A stretch of DNA of 64,000 nt from Novakomyces olei (Eukaryota), in contig JADEYG010000015.1 of NCBI GenBank assembly GCA_016906335.1, forward strand, positions 992,001 to 1,056,000, written 5' to 3'. The position numbers were made by a program, and so were the translations under genes. This document shows positions 1 to 12,619 of the stretch, piece after piece (the first letter of the stretch is position 1; every line of letters starts with the position of its first letter). Under the pieces are notes generated by a model. The model was not told the origin of the DNA. It worked only from the letters and a program-made list of their open reading frames with translations, and did not search any database.

Positions 1-1084
1 CAATTGAATCTTGAGAATAAACACTTGGGTTTGAGGCATGCTGATATACGCCATAAGCCTTCATTGCGGAGAAAAATTGATTATGCTCACCGGCATCCCA
101 ATTATTTGCAATCTCATGATCGTCGTAAACGTGTAATGAAGGCAGTCGACGATATATTTGTTTGTAGGTACTTGAAGCATATATTTGGCGATATTTTTGA
201 AAATATGCAGCACTGTTATACTTCCGAGGTGGAAAAGGAATGTCAAAGTATATGAAATCACCAAGAAACAATAAGAATTTAGGAAATTGTTTTCTAGGTG
301 CAGTCTTTTCCTTTTCAGCCAAATAAGATACCATATGTTCGGCACCCGGAATTCTTAAAGGGTCACCTTCGAAAGGATGATTATAAGGCCAGCCTGGGAT
401 CATGCACGACGTCGCCAAGAAGCTGAACTTTGTGCGACTGCCAGCAGGAGGTGGCGTGTCGAACATGCCGCTATCAACTAAAAAACTCTGATCCTCATTT
501 ATCATAAAGGCGCTCCATTGGTATGAAGAATCAGGTTCAAGGCTTGTAAATTCAACTGTTTTCATAAAGTCATCATGAGCCGAGTAGTCGTCTAAAATTC
601 TTGAGTCGACTTGCGATACATTCCCTTCTCCAAGATCTTTTAGAATATTTATTAGGATCGGAGAGAAACTCGGGTTTCTTGTAGCTATTCGAACTGAATT
701 CTCCGTAACCACACCAAGACGAGCAAAGCTAAGATCATCGCAAGGATAAAATAAGTAGGCGCGGAAAGTAAAGTCCAAAGTGAACACAAGGCAAATACTG
801 TTCAAAATTAAGTTTAAAATATTGATTCCTCTTGAGCGTGGGTGCCATGAAGAAAAGAGCAGCGAATTTACCGTGTCTCGATTCTGATTCGTGAATCCTC
901 TGCTCTTGGGCTTTTTGTTTTCGGGTGAGACCTTAGAGTCACCTTGGCCACGAGTAGCAATAGATAATATATACACAACGGCACAGAAAATAATGCCTAA
1001 TAAAACCGGTAAGGCCGGTAGGTATTGCAAGTAGAAACAAGATAAAAGCCGCAAAACTACCGCCGCAATAGCGATCGAATCCAT
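1..1084 (-). CDS. PhoD-like (alkaline phosphatase D family) metallophosphatase with N-terminal TM segments; 3' end outside window
   Basis: Hand translation from ATG 1084 gives a continuous ORF running off the edge, so it is absent from the track. Hydrophobic N-terminus, then DLSFARLG, FLATSC, FLLFLGDFIYFD and VYDDHEIANNW, which are PhoD metal-binding motifs. Confidence 0.85.
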   Translation of the reverse strand, partial: MDSIAIAAVVLRLLSCFYLQYLPALPVLLGIIFCAVVYILSIATRGQGDSKVSPENKKPKSRGFTNQNRDTVNSLLFSSWHPRSRGINILNLILNSICLVFTLDFTFRAYLFYPCDDLSFARLGVVTENSVRIATRNPSFSPILINILKDLGEGNVSQVDSRILDDYSAHDDFMKTVEFTSLEPDSSYQWSAFMINEDQSFLVDSGMFDTPPPAGSRTKFSFLATSCMIPGWPYNHPFEGDPLRIPGAEHMVSYLAEKEKTAPRKQFPKFLLFLGDFIYFDIPFPPRKYNSAAYFQKYRQIYASSTYKQIYRRLPSLHVYDDHEIANNWDAGEHNQFFSAMKAYGVYQHASNPSVYSQDSI

Positions 1085-1147
1085 GTCATTTAGTGTGCAA
1101 ATGCCGTCCTTGCATTATAATTTCGATGTTTTATTTCTCCTTGGTAA

Positions 1148-1156
1148 ATGACTCAT
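1148..1156. promoter_or_regulatory. ATGACTCAT AP-1/Gcn4-type bZIP site in divergent promoter
   Basis: Full 9-bp Gcn4 consensus near the centre of the ~130-bp gap between the PhoD ATG (1084) and the inferred RAD4 ATG (1216). Confidence 0.4.
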
Positions 1157-1215
1157 GGTAAGATACTCTCCCTCGATATATAATAATTGTACCAGCATCT
1201 GACGCTAACGGTTCG

Positions 1216-3749
1216 ATGGAAGAAGAGGTATCAAATGCACCTACTTTGTATTTCGTAACTGTCCATTCACATGCTTGCTGGCTCGTTTATATTTTTCAGC
1301 GAGTTTATGAGTCGTTTGGGTCAGTTGTTTCTTACTCTATGCTAAGCATCTAGATATTTGAGCTAAACTCCATTTCATCAGACAGTTCGGAATCGTTTGT
1401 ATATGATCTAACCGCAGATGATGATGAGCGTTTGCACAAGAGACAAAAAACAGACATAGATGATAAAGCTAGTTCTATTCCTTCAGGGCGAGAGGAAGCT
1501 CGGCAGCTAGTACCGGATATTGGACAGGATTCGATCTCTTCAGATGATGATTCAGATGCAGACGACTGGGAGGACATCGATGTCTCGAAAATCGTCAATA
1601 ATGAAAACTCGCATACTGCAGTTGATGTAGTGCTGTCCCAGTCAGCACCACAGGGGCCTCAGAGGTATTATACCATTAAATTTATAGATCGAATCGAGCT
1701 AAATTGCGAAATAAGAAAGACACGATCGAAAGGTGTATTGAAGGAGCAAAGACGTGTACGAAACGACTGTCATCGGTGCCATATACTTTCCTTACTGTAC
1801 ATTTGTATGAACCAAAATAAGACTTGCAATACAGAAGAGCTGCAGGTAAGTGTCGGTTTTATTTCAAAATGAAACGAAAACGCCTTTTAACAGTATTAGA
1901 TGCCCCTTAGAAGGTTTATTACATCCGCTTGGAAGACTGCTCTAGTAGGTAGTCCGAATCAGGCTACTAGCCAAAAGCAAAAATCCAGAACATTTCTCAG
2001 TGCTTTGAGGAACATGGGGCTCTATTGGAAAGAGCATTTTGAGCTTACTCGCGAGGATTCCATGTGCGATGTCCGCAAAGGCCAGCCTCTAGACCTCGAA
2101 TCAAGTAATAATATCACGAACAGGCTTTTACAGGCTTCAAGAAGATTGAAAGGTTCTCGCAGTGAGGGACTTTTACTTTTTTTGGCTCTTCTTCGTTCTA
2201 TTGGTCTAAATTCAAGGCTGGTTGTCTCTTTGCAAGTCATCCCGATTAGCTTTGCCCGGAAAGAGTCAAGCAGCAAGGCCAAACAATTGCAGTGTCCGCA
2301 AGACTTTCGCTCCTCAGAGCAGCTTACTAGCGACGAAAGCGGAGATGAATCATTGCCAAAAAGTTCTTATGGTTTGAGCGTTAAAACCAGCCATTTCAGA
2401 GCACAGAGTCCACAATTCTATTCTTCCAAGGCTTCCAAAGGTAGCAAAGATGATAAGCTTTCGATCTTTTCTGTTTAATTCAATATGCCTGATCAAGTCT
2501 TATTCTAAGTTTCATCATACACCAAAAGTTTTTTGCCGTTGTTTTCTGACCTTTAGATGTTGGCAATGGCTCGTCGCTGTATTGGATTGAAGTTTGGAGT
2601 GATGCTGAAAATAGATGGATATCCTTTGACGTCATGAATTCTGCAGTTATTGACAAACCAAAAACCATTGCTCAATCGTCTGGCAATATAAATTATATTA
2701 TTGCATTCAATGAAGGTATCTATAATAAATTACAAAAAATAGTTAACAAGCCAGATTTTTCAGCAAGAGACGTAACTTTAAGATACGTCAAAGAATTTGA
2801 TTCCAAAATATTAAAAACTCGCGTCGACTCAACGATGGAAGGGCTGAAATGGTGGAAACGAGTCATGAAAATATTCAAGTCTTCTAGCAGAACTGTGAGC
2901 ACCTCCTTTATTTTAATAGCATACGCTCATAATCAACAGTATCGCGATGACGCTGAGGACGCGGAATTAGCTCAGATTCGTTTAAATCAAAAGATGCCTT
3001 CTAGTATTGAAGATTTTAAAAATCATCCCACGTACGTACTAAATTTGGTTATGTATTATAATTTATTGTGACCATCCATTTACTCCGCTAATCTCTTTAG
3101 TTACGTTTTGGAAAGACATTTGAAAAGAAATCAAGTCATATGTCCACGTGTTCGAGTTGCACAATTTCGAGCAAGTCGTCAAGGCGCGGAAGATGTATTT
3201 CCCAGAGTAAATGTTGTCGAGCTCAAGAGTTCATGGAGCTGGTATAGATTAGGCTATGTAATCAAAGAAGGAGTGGAGCCGATGAAGCGAATACAAATCA
3301 AAGGCAGTGACAACGAAACTAATACTAGGGCGCTTTATGCTTTTGATCAAACAGAGCCTTATAGAAGCAAGATACTTGAAGATGGAACTCTATTCAAAAA
3401 TCACCTAGGAGCATTAGATATTTTTACAGAGCACATGATACCGGAAGGAGCTCTTCATTTCACACACCCTAAAGCCGTTCAAGTGGCGAAACTTTTGGGT
3501 GTTGACTACGCTGATGCAGTAGTTGATGTTCGTTATCGGGCTAATAGGAGGATTGAAGTTGTGAAAGATGGAATTGTTGCGCACGTTGAGCATGCGGAAG
3601 CCTTAAACCAAGTGGCTGATCAGTTGGCAATCAATGAAGCAGAACAAAAGTTTGTAGTGCGCCAGGAATATTTGTTGTTGATGTGGCGACGGCTCTTCAA
3701 TGCCGCTAAAATAAGAAAACGTGTTTCCAAACATGTACAAAATTCATAG
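1216..3749 (+). CDS. RAD4: Rad4/XPC nucleotide excision repair protein (multi-exon)
   Basis: Transglutaminase-like region (LFLALLRSIGLNSRLVVSLQ; WIEVWSDAENRWISFD; ARDVTLRY) and BHD1-3 (PSSIEDFKNHP..YVLERHLKRNQ; LKSSWSWYRLG; KNHLGALDIFTEHMIPEG). The start is inferred: ATG 1216 plus intron 1228-1353 restores frame with ORF 1432. Confidence 0.9.
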
Positions 3750-3980
3750 TTTCCGTTTGGCACAAGGCTTTATTGCAAAGTTGAAATTGTATACCATCAA
3801 AGAAAAAAAAAAGCTTATAAACGCTGGGTTTGGAACATTTTAATTAAAAACTTCTTTGTATTTTTTTGCTTTTAAGCCATATAGAGTGTACTCTCATTAT
3901 GGCTTAGAACATCTGTTTAATGACTCTGCTCTCGAAGCGATAAAATTCTCCTAAGAATACCAACTAATTGGCAAGGCAGA

Positions 3981-5869
3981 TTACATGAAGACATCTCCCA
4001 TGGATGCCATCTGGGTGTTGCTTTCACGTACCATTTGCTCAAAGTATCCATAGATAATGGTGGTACACAGTAGAACGGCTGTTCCTGATCCCAAAGCACC
4101 TATATTGTTAGCAGACAGATATTTCCAAAAGATATAATATAATTGAATAAATAAAATAAAATAAACCCATTACCCAAAAGATCTGATGCTACAGCTAGTG
4201 CACCAATGCAGGCTCCTGAAAGCCAAGCTGCTGTGGGAATCACGCGCTTTAATTCTTTGTACACGCTGGACTCACGGTGTCCAGCAATAACCATCTGCTG
4301 GTCCTTGAGCACCTTGGCAACATCTCGAGGGCTGCCGCCGCTAACTTCAATCCATAGCTTTGAGAACAAAGCACAGATACCCAGCATAAATGCCACATAA
4401 ACGGCAGTATGAACAGGATCGAGCAATGAATCTTTCAGACCGAGGGGAGGCGTCATATAATAAGAAATACCCGAAATAGCACGGAGTTGTGATGTCCCTT
4501 CAAGAGGAGCCCACACACCCAAAAGTCGTACCAAGAGATTATCCGAGAACCGGGAATAAAGCGTCTGCGACAAAAGGAACACGTTGGATGTCAGAGCAGA
4601 TTCTATAGTATTAGTTAGTACAAGAGAATCTGGTGTAATTAAATGTTAAAAGCAAAATATATAGCAACATTACCCAGCATGATAGACATGTTAGACGTAT
4701 AAAATAGCTTGACAGGGTAGGTGCCACGCTGTCCTCGTTGCCTACTAGACTTAATGGGAATTTCGACTCTAAAACCTTGCAGATAGATGACAATGGCAAA
4801 AATGACAAGAGTTGACAGCAAGTTCATCATATTCGGTGCTTGAGAGCGATAAAAGGCATGCTTCAACGCATGAGCCTTGCTCTTCCAAGTGAAGACAGAG
4901 TGAAAAAGAGCCAGAACAGCACCCTCGAATTCGGGTCCGCGACCAAAGTTAATCGTTCTAGGGGAAAATGCTTTCCAGATTATTCCCTCGCAGATGTTCG
5001 TAGCAATGAACAAAGATATTCCAGAACCCAGACCGTAGCCCTTTTGTAGGAGCTCATCAAGGAGAATGACAATCAGGCCTGCCGCAACCAACTGCACGAC
5101 AAGGAGAATGCAAACTCCCATACCGAGGTCTTTTGGCTGACCATACAGTCCAGTCATGACGTAGACAGTCGCTTGGCCAAAAGAAATTATGATTGCCAGC
5201 ACTTAAAGCAGTTGTAAGCAAGATATAAAATAATTTAAAAAGCATACACTTTTGTGCCGTTTGGTAAAGTTCTCGATCAGATTTCAGATCCAGATTGACG
5301 TCTATTAATTGCGATCCAGCTAGAAGCTGAATCAACATGCCCGATGTCACAATGGGAGAGATACCAAGCTCCATCAAAGTTCCACGATTGGAGGCAAGAA
5401 TCATACGCATCCACCTGTTCCATTAATATTTAAAGCGGGACCTTATTGATCTGACATACATTAAGGGATCGGATGAATCCGAGGACACAATTCCATAAAG
5501 AGGCACTTGGGACATGACCAGAAAAACCAGAAGGGTTACCGATGTCCACAAGACTTTTTGGTTGAAAGGAACCTTTAATTATCTTAGTGATCAATTCAGA
5601 AAAGCAGCGATATTAATCGGGAAAAATAAAAAAATCCCCTCAAGCGTCTCCAAAAAGAATTGACTTTGTCATAGAGAGAGCTGAATCCGAATTCATAGCG
5701 CTCGTTGTAATTGGAGCTCATACCTTTCGATCAGGGGCCGCAATTTCGGGCAGGATGGGCACAAACGGCTTAACAACATCGAGGAAACGCACTAATGCAA
5801 TACGTGTCAGTTCAGTTCACGAAGCCGTAAATAGGATTAAAAAGAGGGCAAGAGCTTACTTCCACTCAT
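3981..5869 (-). CDS. SEC61: Protein translocon Sec61 alpha subunit (multi-exon)
   Basis: [94 protein letters not shown]. Confidence 0.97.
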
Positions 5870-6268
5870 TTTAAAAGGCTACTACACGTCAATGCGACGT
5901 TACAATCAAGATGTGATTATTTTGCCGTTTGACTATTGCCCTTTTAAAGTTCCTCCAACGCTAACCGTCTCTTGCAGGAATCAACTCTACCGCTTGAATT
6001 TAATAGCTCTCGGTTGTAGCGAATGTTTGCGAACAAGTATTCGTTTAAAAACCAAGTAATGGCCCAGGTTATGTAAGTTATATTCTTGTGTCTGCAATAA
6101 ACTGTAAAAGAACCTTTGCCAATATGCTCGCTACCTTACTTTATACCAAATAGTCTGAGCGCAATGTAATATGAACAAAGGCTTCGTATATGGCGGTGAC
6201 TGTAGAAATAAAGAGATATACATTTATATAATTATACCGATTAATACATAAACCACTGGTTTCATTGG

Positions 6269-6281
6269 ACGCGGGTCGCGA
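6269..6281. promoter_or_regulatory. Paired CGCG (MCB-like) elements upstream of ORC2
   Basis: ACGCG-GG-TCGCGA about 155 bp upstream of a replication gene ATG. Confidence 0.35.
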
Positions 6282-6433
6282 GCGAGGTGTAAAGACACTA
6301 ACGAATCTCGTCTACAAAGCACTACACATTCGCCTTATCAATTCGAATAAATATGCATGCACATCTTGAATAAAGTGGCCATTTCAGGGATTTTTTAAAG
6401 CTTTTTCAAAAATTGAAAACGGCTAATTGAACA

Positions 6434-7681
6434 ATGGAGTCGTCGACGCCGACGTCGCCTCGCGATAAGCCCAAAAAACGTTTAAAGTCGAATGGAGCAG
6501 ATAACGCGCTATTCAACGATAAAGTTGGAAAAGCCAATAGAGATGCGATCCAAAATGGCACAGAAACAAATGGGAATGCTGAAAATGGGCGTTTAACCTC
6601 TGAGGATAACAGCTTTTCTCTCTCGTTTGGAACTTGTCATGAAGTGAGCGCGTTTGAAGACTATTTCTTGACACATGCTCGGTCCGCTGCTGTCTCTGGC
6701 AACAGTGTTTCGGCGCTGCGCACCGTCACAACTGATGAATTTTGCGCGTTTCTACGCGCTGATTGCTATAATAAATTTTCAGATTTATTAAATGAATTTT
6801 ATACCGCAAATCTATGCGGCCAATGGCAGCTGGAACTTGAGTGCGGCTTCAATTTGCTCTTTTACGGTCATGGGTCTAAACGTGAACTGCTTCTCGACTT
6901 TTGCTTAGAAAAGTTTGCTGACCTGCCGAAGATTGTGGTGAACGGCTATTTCCCTGGCGTAAATATACGGCAGATAATGGCGGCCATCATTGCTCAGCTG
7001 GGTATTGCCAAGACCAGTTCAACAGTGCCGGAGATGCTTCAGTTGATTAGACAGACATTGCACGATTCATCGAGCCCTCTTATCGTCTTGTTACATAATT
7101 TTGACGCTGTTTTTTCGCATAATGACAAAGCATTGTACTTTTTATCACTTATTGCAGCTCAGCCAAAAGTGTTTTTCATTTGTTCTGTTGACCATGCAAA
7201 CTCAGGCATTCTATTTGATAGCATGTTGTCGCGGAACTTTAATTTTGTTTTTCACGACGTATCAAATTTTGCCCCTTATGCCGCAGAACTGTCCTCTTTG
7301 GCAGCTGCCTCCAAGCAGACTGATCAGAATCATCGCAATGCATCGGGTTTGCTTTACGTTTTGGCAAGCTTGACACCTAATGCACGTGGAATATACCGAA
7401 CACTGCTAGAGTTTCAGCTCGAACTCGTGGCCGAAAGCTCTGCTGATTTGGACAAGTTCCGATCAGATGTGAATTTTGGAATGGACTACACTGCTTTATA
7501 TGAGAAATGTGCAACAAACTTTCTTGTTAGCAATGACATGGCCTTCAAGACACAGCTGGGTGAGTTTAGGGACCATCGAATGATCGTTTCAAAGCGAGAT
7601 CAAGCTGGAACGGAGATACTGTATATACCATGCCCTCGAACAATCTTGGAGGAAACTTTAGATGCATTAATAGATTCATAG
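6434..7681 (+). CDS. ORC2: Origin recognition complex subunit 2
   Basis: WQLELECGFNLLFYGHGSKR, IVVNGYFPG, CSVDHAN, FVFHDVS..PY..E, VLASLTPNARGIY, FKTQLGEFRDH. Confidence 0.95.
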   Translation: MESSTPTSPRDKPKKRLKSNGADNALFNDKVGKANRDAIQNGTETNGNAENGRLTSEDNSFSLSFGTCHEVSAFEDYFLTHARSAAVSGNSVSALRTVTTDEFCAFLRADCYNKFSDLLNEFYTANLCGQWQLELECGFNLLFYGHGSKRELLLDFCLEKFADLPKIVVNGYFPGVNIRQIMAAIIAQLGIAKTSSTVPEMLQLIRQTLHDSSSPLIVLLHNFDAVFSHNDKALYFLSLIAAQPKVFFICSVDHANSGILFDSMLSRNFNFVFHDVSNFAPYAAELSSLAAASKQTDQNHRNASGLLYVLASLTPNARGIYRTLLEFQLELVAESSADLDKFRSDVNFGMDYTALYEKCATNFLVSNDMAFKTQLGEFRDHRMIVSKRDQAGTEILYIPCPRTILEETLDALIDS

Positions 7682-7715
7682 ATAGTTTAAGTCAATATTA
7701 AATTTTCATTAAAGC

Positions 7716-10700
7716 CTATGAACCGCTGCGGAACAGTCGGGCTTTAAACATATCATACTCACCGCTTACTCTACACATATCTGCAAACATTGAATCAGAG
7801 CGCAACAAGAGGTTTGCAGGACTGTCGTATTCTGCAATCCTACCCTCTGAGAGAACAAGGATTTTGTCATAGCCGATAATCGTAGAAAGCCTGTGTGCAA
7901 TAGTGAGCACTGTAGAATCGCCATATTCTTGCAAAACCGTGTTTTGAATTCTGTTTTGAATATCAATATCAACGGAAGCAGTAGACTCGTCCATAATAAT
8001 GACCTTGGTGCGCTTTAAGAGCGATCTGGCCAGGCAGACAAGCTGCTTTTGACCTTGCGAAATGTTTCCGCCCCCTTCTGATATAGGGTAATCCAAATCC
8101 ACGAATATATTTGCATTAGTCTGAGTGGAGGTTAAGGGGTTCTGCAGCTCTTCCTCCGTCACTAAGTTGACTGCTTTTAAAGCTGCAAAAATATCCTCAT
8201 CATCAAACAAGCCAAAGGGGTCCAAATTGTAGCGCAGCGTCTTTTGAAACAGGATAGGATCCTGCGGTATTATGGTCAACGCTTGCCGAAGATCTTGCAA
8301 TCCAATACTGCAAATATCAATGCCGTCGATTACAATGCGCCCTCCACAAGGATCGAGTAGGCGGAAAAATGCCGTTGCAATTGTTGATTTTCCTGCTCCT
8401 GTTCGTCCGACAATACCGACCTTTGAAGAAGCATTGATATGCAGCGAAATACCCTTTATGACAAGCGGCATATTTTCTGCGTACCTTAGCTGCAGATTCT
8501 CTACACTGATATCTCCGTGCTCGGGCCAGCCTTTTGGTGGACGATTAGTCTCTACAACAGCGACACCCTCTTCCTCCAAGCCCATATACTCCTCCACACG
8601 TTCCACGCTGTTCATATTCATCTCATTAAACGCATACAAACGAACAAACCACAGCATATGATCCTGAAACTGGATGGCTGAAGTAAGAGAAATTCCTGCC
8701 AGACCAGCATCGAGTCGTTTGACATTAAGAATAATAAGAGCCGCCGCAGAAAAGGAGACTAGGGCCCCTGCAGTATCAACCCGAATGCTCAGCCATCGAT
8801 TGGCCACCCAATTGTAGAAAAAGGGTCGATTATTCTTGTCTATGTTGGCAATATTTTGCTTGATAAACCTCAGCTCTCTGCCATAAGCCCGGATAGTAGT
8901 CACGCCCACTAGGGACTCACCAAAGTTTTGATATATTGGAGACCTGGTAACAGCCTCTAAACGCTTTAGTTCCCTGGAAGTACAGAGATAATAGGACCCA
9001 ATGAAATAATAGATTACAACAAGAACAGTGGCAATCAACAAAAACTCAGGTGTAACAACAGTGATCATCAATATAACCGTAATGACGTTTAGCAAACAAT
9101 AGAAAAACGATGCGGCAGTAACAGCAATTTCCTGGTCAATCGTCTCGATATCCTTGGAAAATCTGTTCATTATCCGACCCGTCGGGGTCGAATCAAAAAA
9201 TCGCATTGGGGCCCTTAGTATTTTGCGCATAAGCTCATTGTGGATATTTCTTGAGGCAATCATACTGCCATAGTAGCTAATCGCATACCGGAAAAATGTA
9301 CTCATAGCATACGCAAAGGATATCAAGGCATAAATGCCCAGATAGAACAATAAATTTTCGTCTTTTTGCAGTCTTACAAACACATCAACGGGCGACAGCT
9401 TTTCACTGTTAAAAATGGAAAGCTTGGCTTGTCGGACAGAACCTGAGTCGGCAGCACTATTAAAGAGAAACTTGGCAGCGGATCTTGAAGCATTTGCGCC
9501 CTTATTTACCCAGTATCGCAGCCACCATTGGGAACCGACACCAAGTGACTGCTGTGCAATAAAAGTGAAGAGTAAAAACACCCAAAATCCAGGGCCTCCC
9601 ATTGCCTTAAAGTATGACTTGTAAACCGACCATTTAACAGACCCCTCAGACCTTTCTTCGTCCTGAACGAGTTTGCCACTGGTGCCATTGTGACGATCTT
9701 GTTCTTTCTTCGCCTTCTTGGCTTCTGCATTTGCACCTTCTTGATCTTCAATTATCTCAGTCTGCTCTTCTGGCGATGGTGCACGTGAGGGCATCTGCGA
9801 CGACGCCTTTGAAATATGGCCCCTTAAAAGCTCGTCATCTTTGGCTATCGCGCCAGCGAGCATAACTTTCTCTGGAGTGCCTTGTGCAACAATTAAACCA
9901 TTTCCAACAACCACAACCTTATCCGCAAAAGGTACAGTAAGATGAACATTGTGGGAGACAAGAATCCTCGTTCGTCCCTGTGTAAGTTTGCCAATGATGC
10001 AATTATTAAATATCCATTCTGCAGAATGCGAGTCGACAGCACTCAGGCAGTCATCAAGAATAATGTGCTTTGAGTTTGAATAAACTGCTCTTGCAAGAGA
10101 AACACGCTGCTTTTGACCGCCAGATAGAGCAATGCCCTTCTCTCCAATCTCCGTCAGATCTCCACCTTCTAGAATTTCGAAATCACGTTCTAAAGCACAG
10201 GCTCTAACAACCGCCTTGTACCGTAATTCATTCCATTGTCCACCAAAAACAATATTATTCTTAATGGTATCATTTAAAAGCCAGGGTTGTTGAGCACAGT
10301 ATGCTACTGAACCAACAAGGCCAGTATCGGGATCGGATATTAGGTCATCGCAATTGCGAGCACCGGGCATAAAAAATCGCCCAGATGTACAATTCATTTC
10401 ACCAAGTAAAGCAGTAAGAATAGACGTTTTGCCCGAGCCGGTAGGACCTACAATAACCGTATACCCACCTACAGGGAATTCGGCCGTCAAATTTCGTAGA
10501 GCAAATGTGCTGCGAGGCGCATCGCCTTGAGCTTCGAGGCTCTTTACACTATCAAACGAGAATGATGCATCTTGGAATCCAATCACAGGATCATTCGGCC
10601 CTCGTGGCTCCAAAAGATACTTGTACTTTTGCGTCTCTTCCTCGTTCAAAAACTTTTCCACGCGCTCAACTGAGACCTTTGATTGTAGGACATTTGTAAT

Positions 10701-12619
10701 CATATCAGCCAAAGCATCAAGTGGTGTTCGAAGCAATTCAATAAGAGATAAAGCAGTAAACGCAGTGGAAGATTTAAGCTGATGTCCGGCAAAGAACGTA
10801 TAAACGCCAAAAGTAATCAGTGAAATCAGTACCGGAGAGCTAAACCAAATCAAAGCCGAAAAGCACCAAGTCAAGTAACGCCGGCGCAATTGGTAAATCT
10901 CTTTTCGTCTAACCTCCGAAACATCATCGTAAAAATTCTTTTCCCAAGCAAAGAACTTTATCACTCGTATACTCGATAGAATCTAGAAATAGTATAGCAT
11001 CAGTAGTGCTCAAGACACATCAAAAATGAAATAAAACTGAAGCGAAATACCTCATTCATTTTATGTATGCGACTATCGGTCACTGCCATCAATTCAGACT
11101 GTAGAGAGCTAAATTTCTTTGAAAGATAGATATTTATCGGTAACAGTACGGCCAAGGAAAGCATTCCAGCAACCGCAGACCACCCAAGGACATTATAAAG
11201 CAAAGCTAAAGCGACAACTACTTCGATCGGAACCTGAGTCGTTAAATAATGCAGATATGCACAAATCTCCGCGACCTTAAAGGCATCCACAGCCATCAAA
11301 TTGATGATAGCTCCGTTATTGGTCTCTTCCTGACCGTCTTTTTGCGTATTGCTAGACTCATTCTCTTCACCATCCTGATTTTCCCTCGAAGTAGCTGGGC
11401 TTTCGCGCCGTCTCAAGGCCTTCGCATATATTTCGCCGATAATTATGCTCCGTAGATTTACAGATATTTTTCGTCCAATGTAGAGCGCAATCCCATGGCA
11501 ACCAGCAGCCGCAACGGTTCCAATGAACATTCCGGCAGTATATAACCAAACAACGGAAAGAGGTGCACGTTCTGGATCTTCGATGTATTTAAGAATTCTC
11601 TGTAGAAAAATTGTGGGCAAAAAGTTGAACAAACTAGCTATCCCGGCCCAAGCTGCTTGCTGAAGTAAAGGGCGCTTTAAATACTGATAAAGATTCCAAG
11701 TCACATTAGTAGTCAGTCGAAGGGAATGATAGCTTGTGAGAATTGTCTGCGCATGATCTTCATACACCATATCCCATACGTCTTCAATCCTGAGAGCAGA
11801 GCGATGCCCTTTCGCCAAAAGAGGGTTTATCCATGTGAAAAAGTACTGCGAAAACAAGCTTGCTAATGGCTCTCGCGATGGTTCAAGACCATCTTGCGTA
11901 ACTTGAACAGCAGGCTTGTTTCCGGGCCTGGAGAAGACTACAATGCACACAAGCAAAAAGGAGCAGCAAAAGGACGCCACTGAGAAAATGACCTCTAATT
12001 GACTGGCACCATGCCGAACGATTGCAGAGCGAAACAATAGAAACTCGATCGGAAAAATAAGGATATATAACGAAGCAGTCATATTCCACAATGATGTGAA
12101 GAAGGAACTTTTTGAGCGAAAAAACACTGCACGTAATAATACGATGAACGACGCGTAGAACCAATAAACCATGAGGCCAATTAGAAGTTTTGGATCATCC
12201 TGAGTTGCAATTTTCTTCAGTTGCAGCAAACCAAATAATAAAGAAAACAAAGACGCATTGGCTAACGTTAATGTAAGCTCAATTCCCACGATAAAGTGCC
12301 ACATAAACGGCAAAGTCACAATTTCATCAACATCATCTCCTGCATTTAATGCAGCAAAAACGTCTTGAGTTTCATCATCTTCAATTCCGTCGTCAGAACC
12401 ATCAACAATCCCCAAACCATCGCGAGAGTCTAATGGAGCGTAGCCATTATAAGCGTTCTTTCTGGATCGCAGATGCCGAGCAAGAGCTAATATAAACTTG
12501 GGCAGCAACAAACATACAGACAGCGCTACAAGGAATAGCGGAATCGCAAACTCCAGATACCTCAAATAAGTTAGCTTTAAAGTATTAAGAAGAAAAGGTT
12601 TTACCGTTGTCGAAAGCAT
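7716..12619 (-). CDS. ABCC/MRP-family transporter (Ybt1/Abc4-like vacuolar ABC transporter), one intron at about 10984-11050
   Basis: Extra N-terminal TM domain and two TMD-NBD halves. NBD1 has GPTGSGKT, LSGGQKQR and ILDDCLSAVD. NBD2 has GRTGAGKS, ISQGQKQL and IMDESTASVD. Also INLMAVDAFKV and FFDSTPTGRIMNRFSKD. Confidence 0.95.

Noticed and set aside
1432..3749. RAD4, SEC61, BRE1 and others split across several ORFs as possible pseudogenes or frameshifts
   Set aside because: The breaks I checked coincide with GT..branch..AG introns that restore the frame.
5575..5723. Box C/D snoRNA in a SEC61 intron
   Set aside because: A CTGA box is present, but there is no good C box and only a mismatched rRNA complement.
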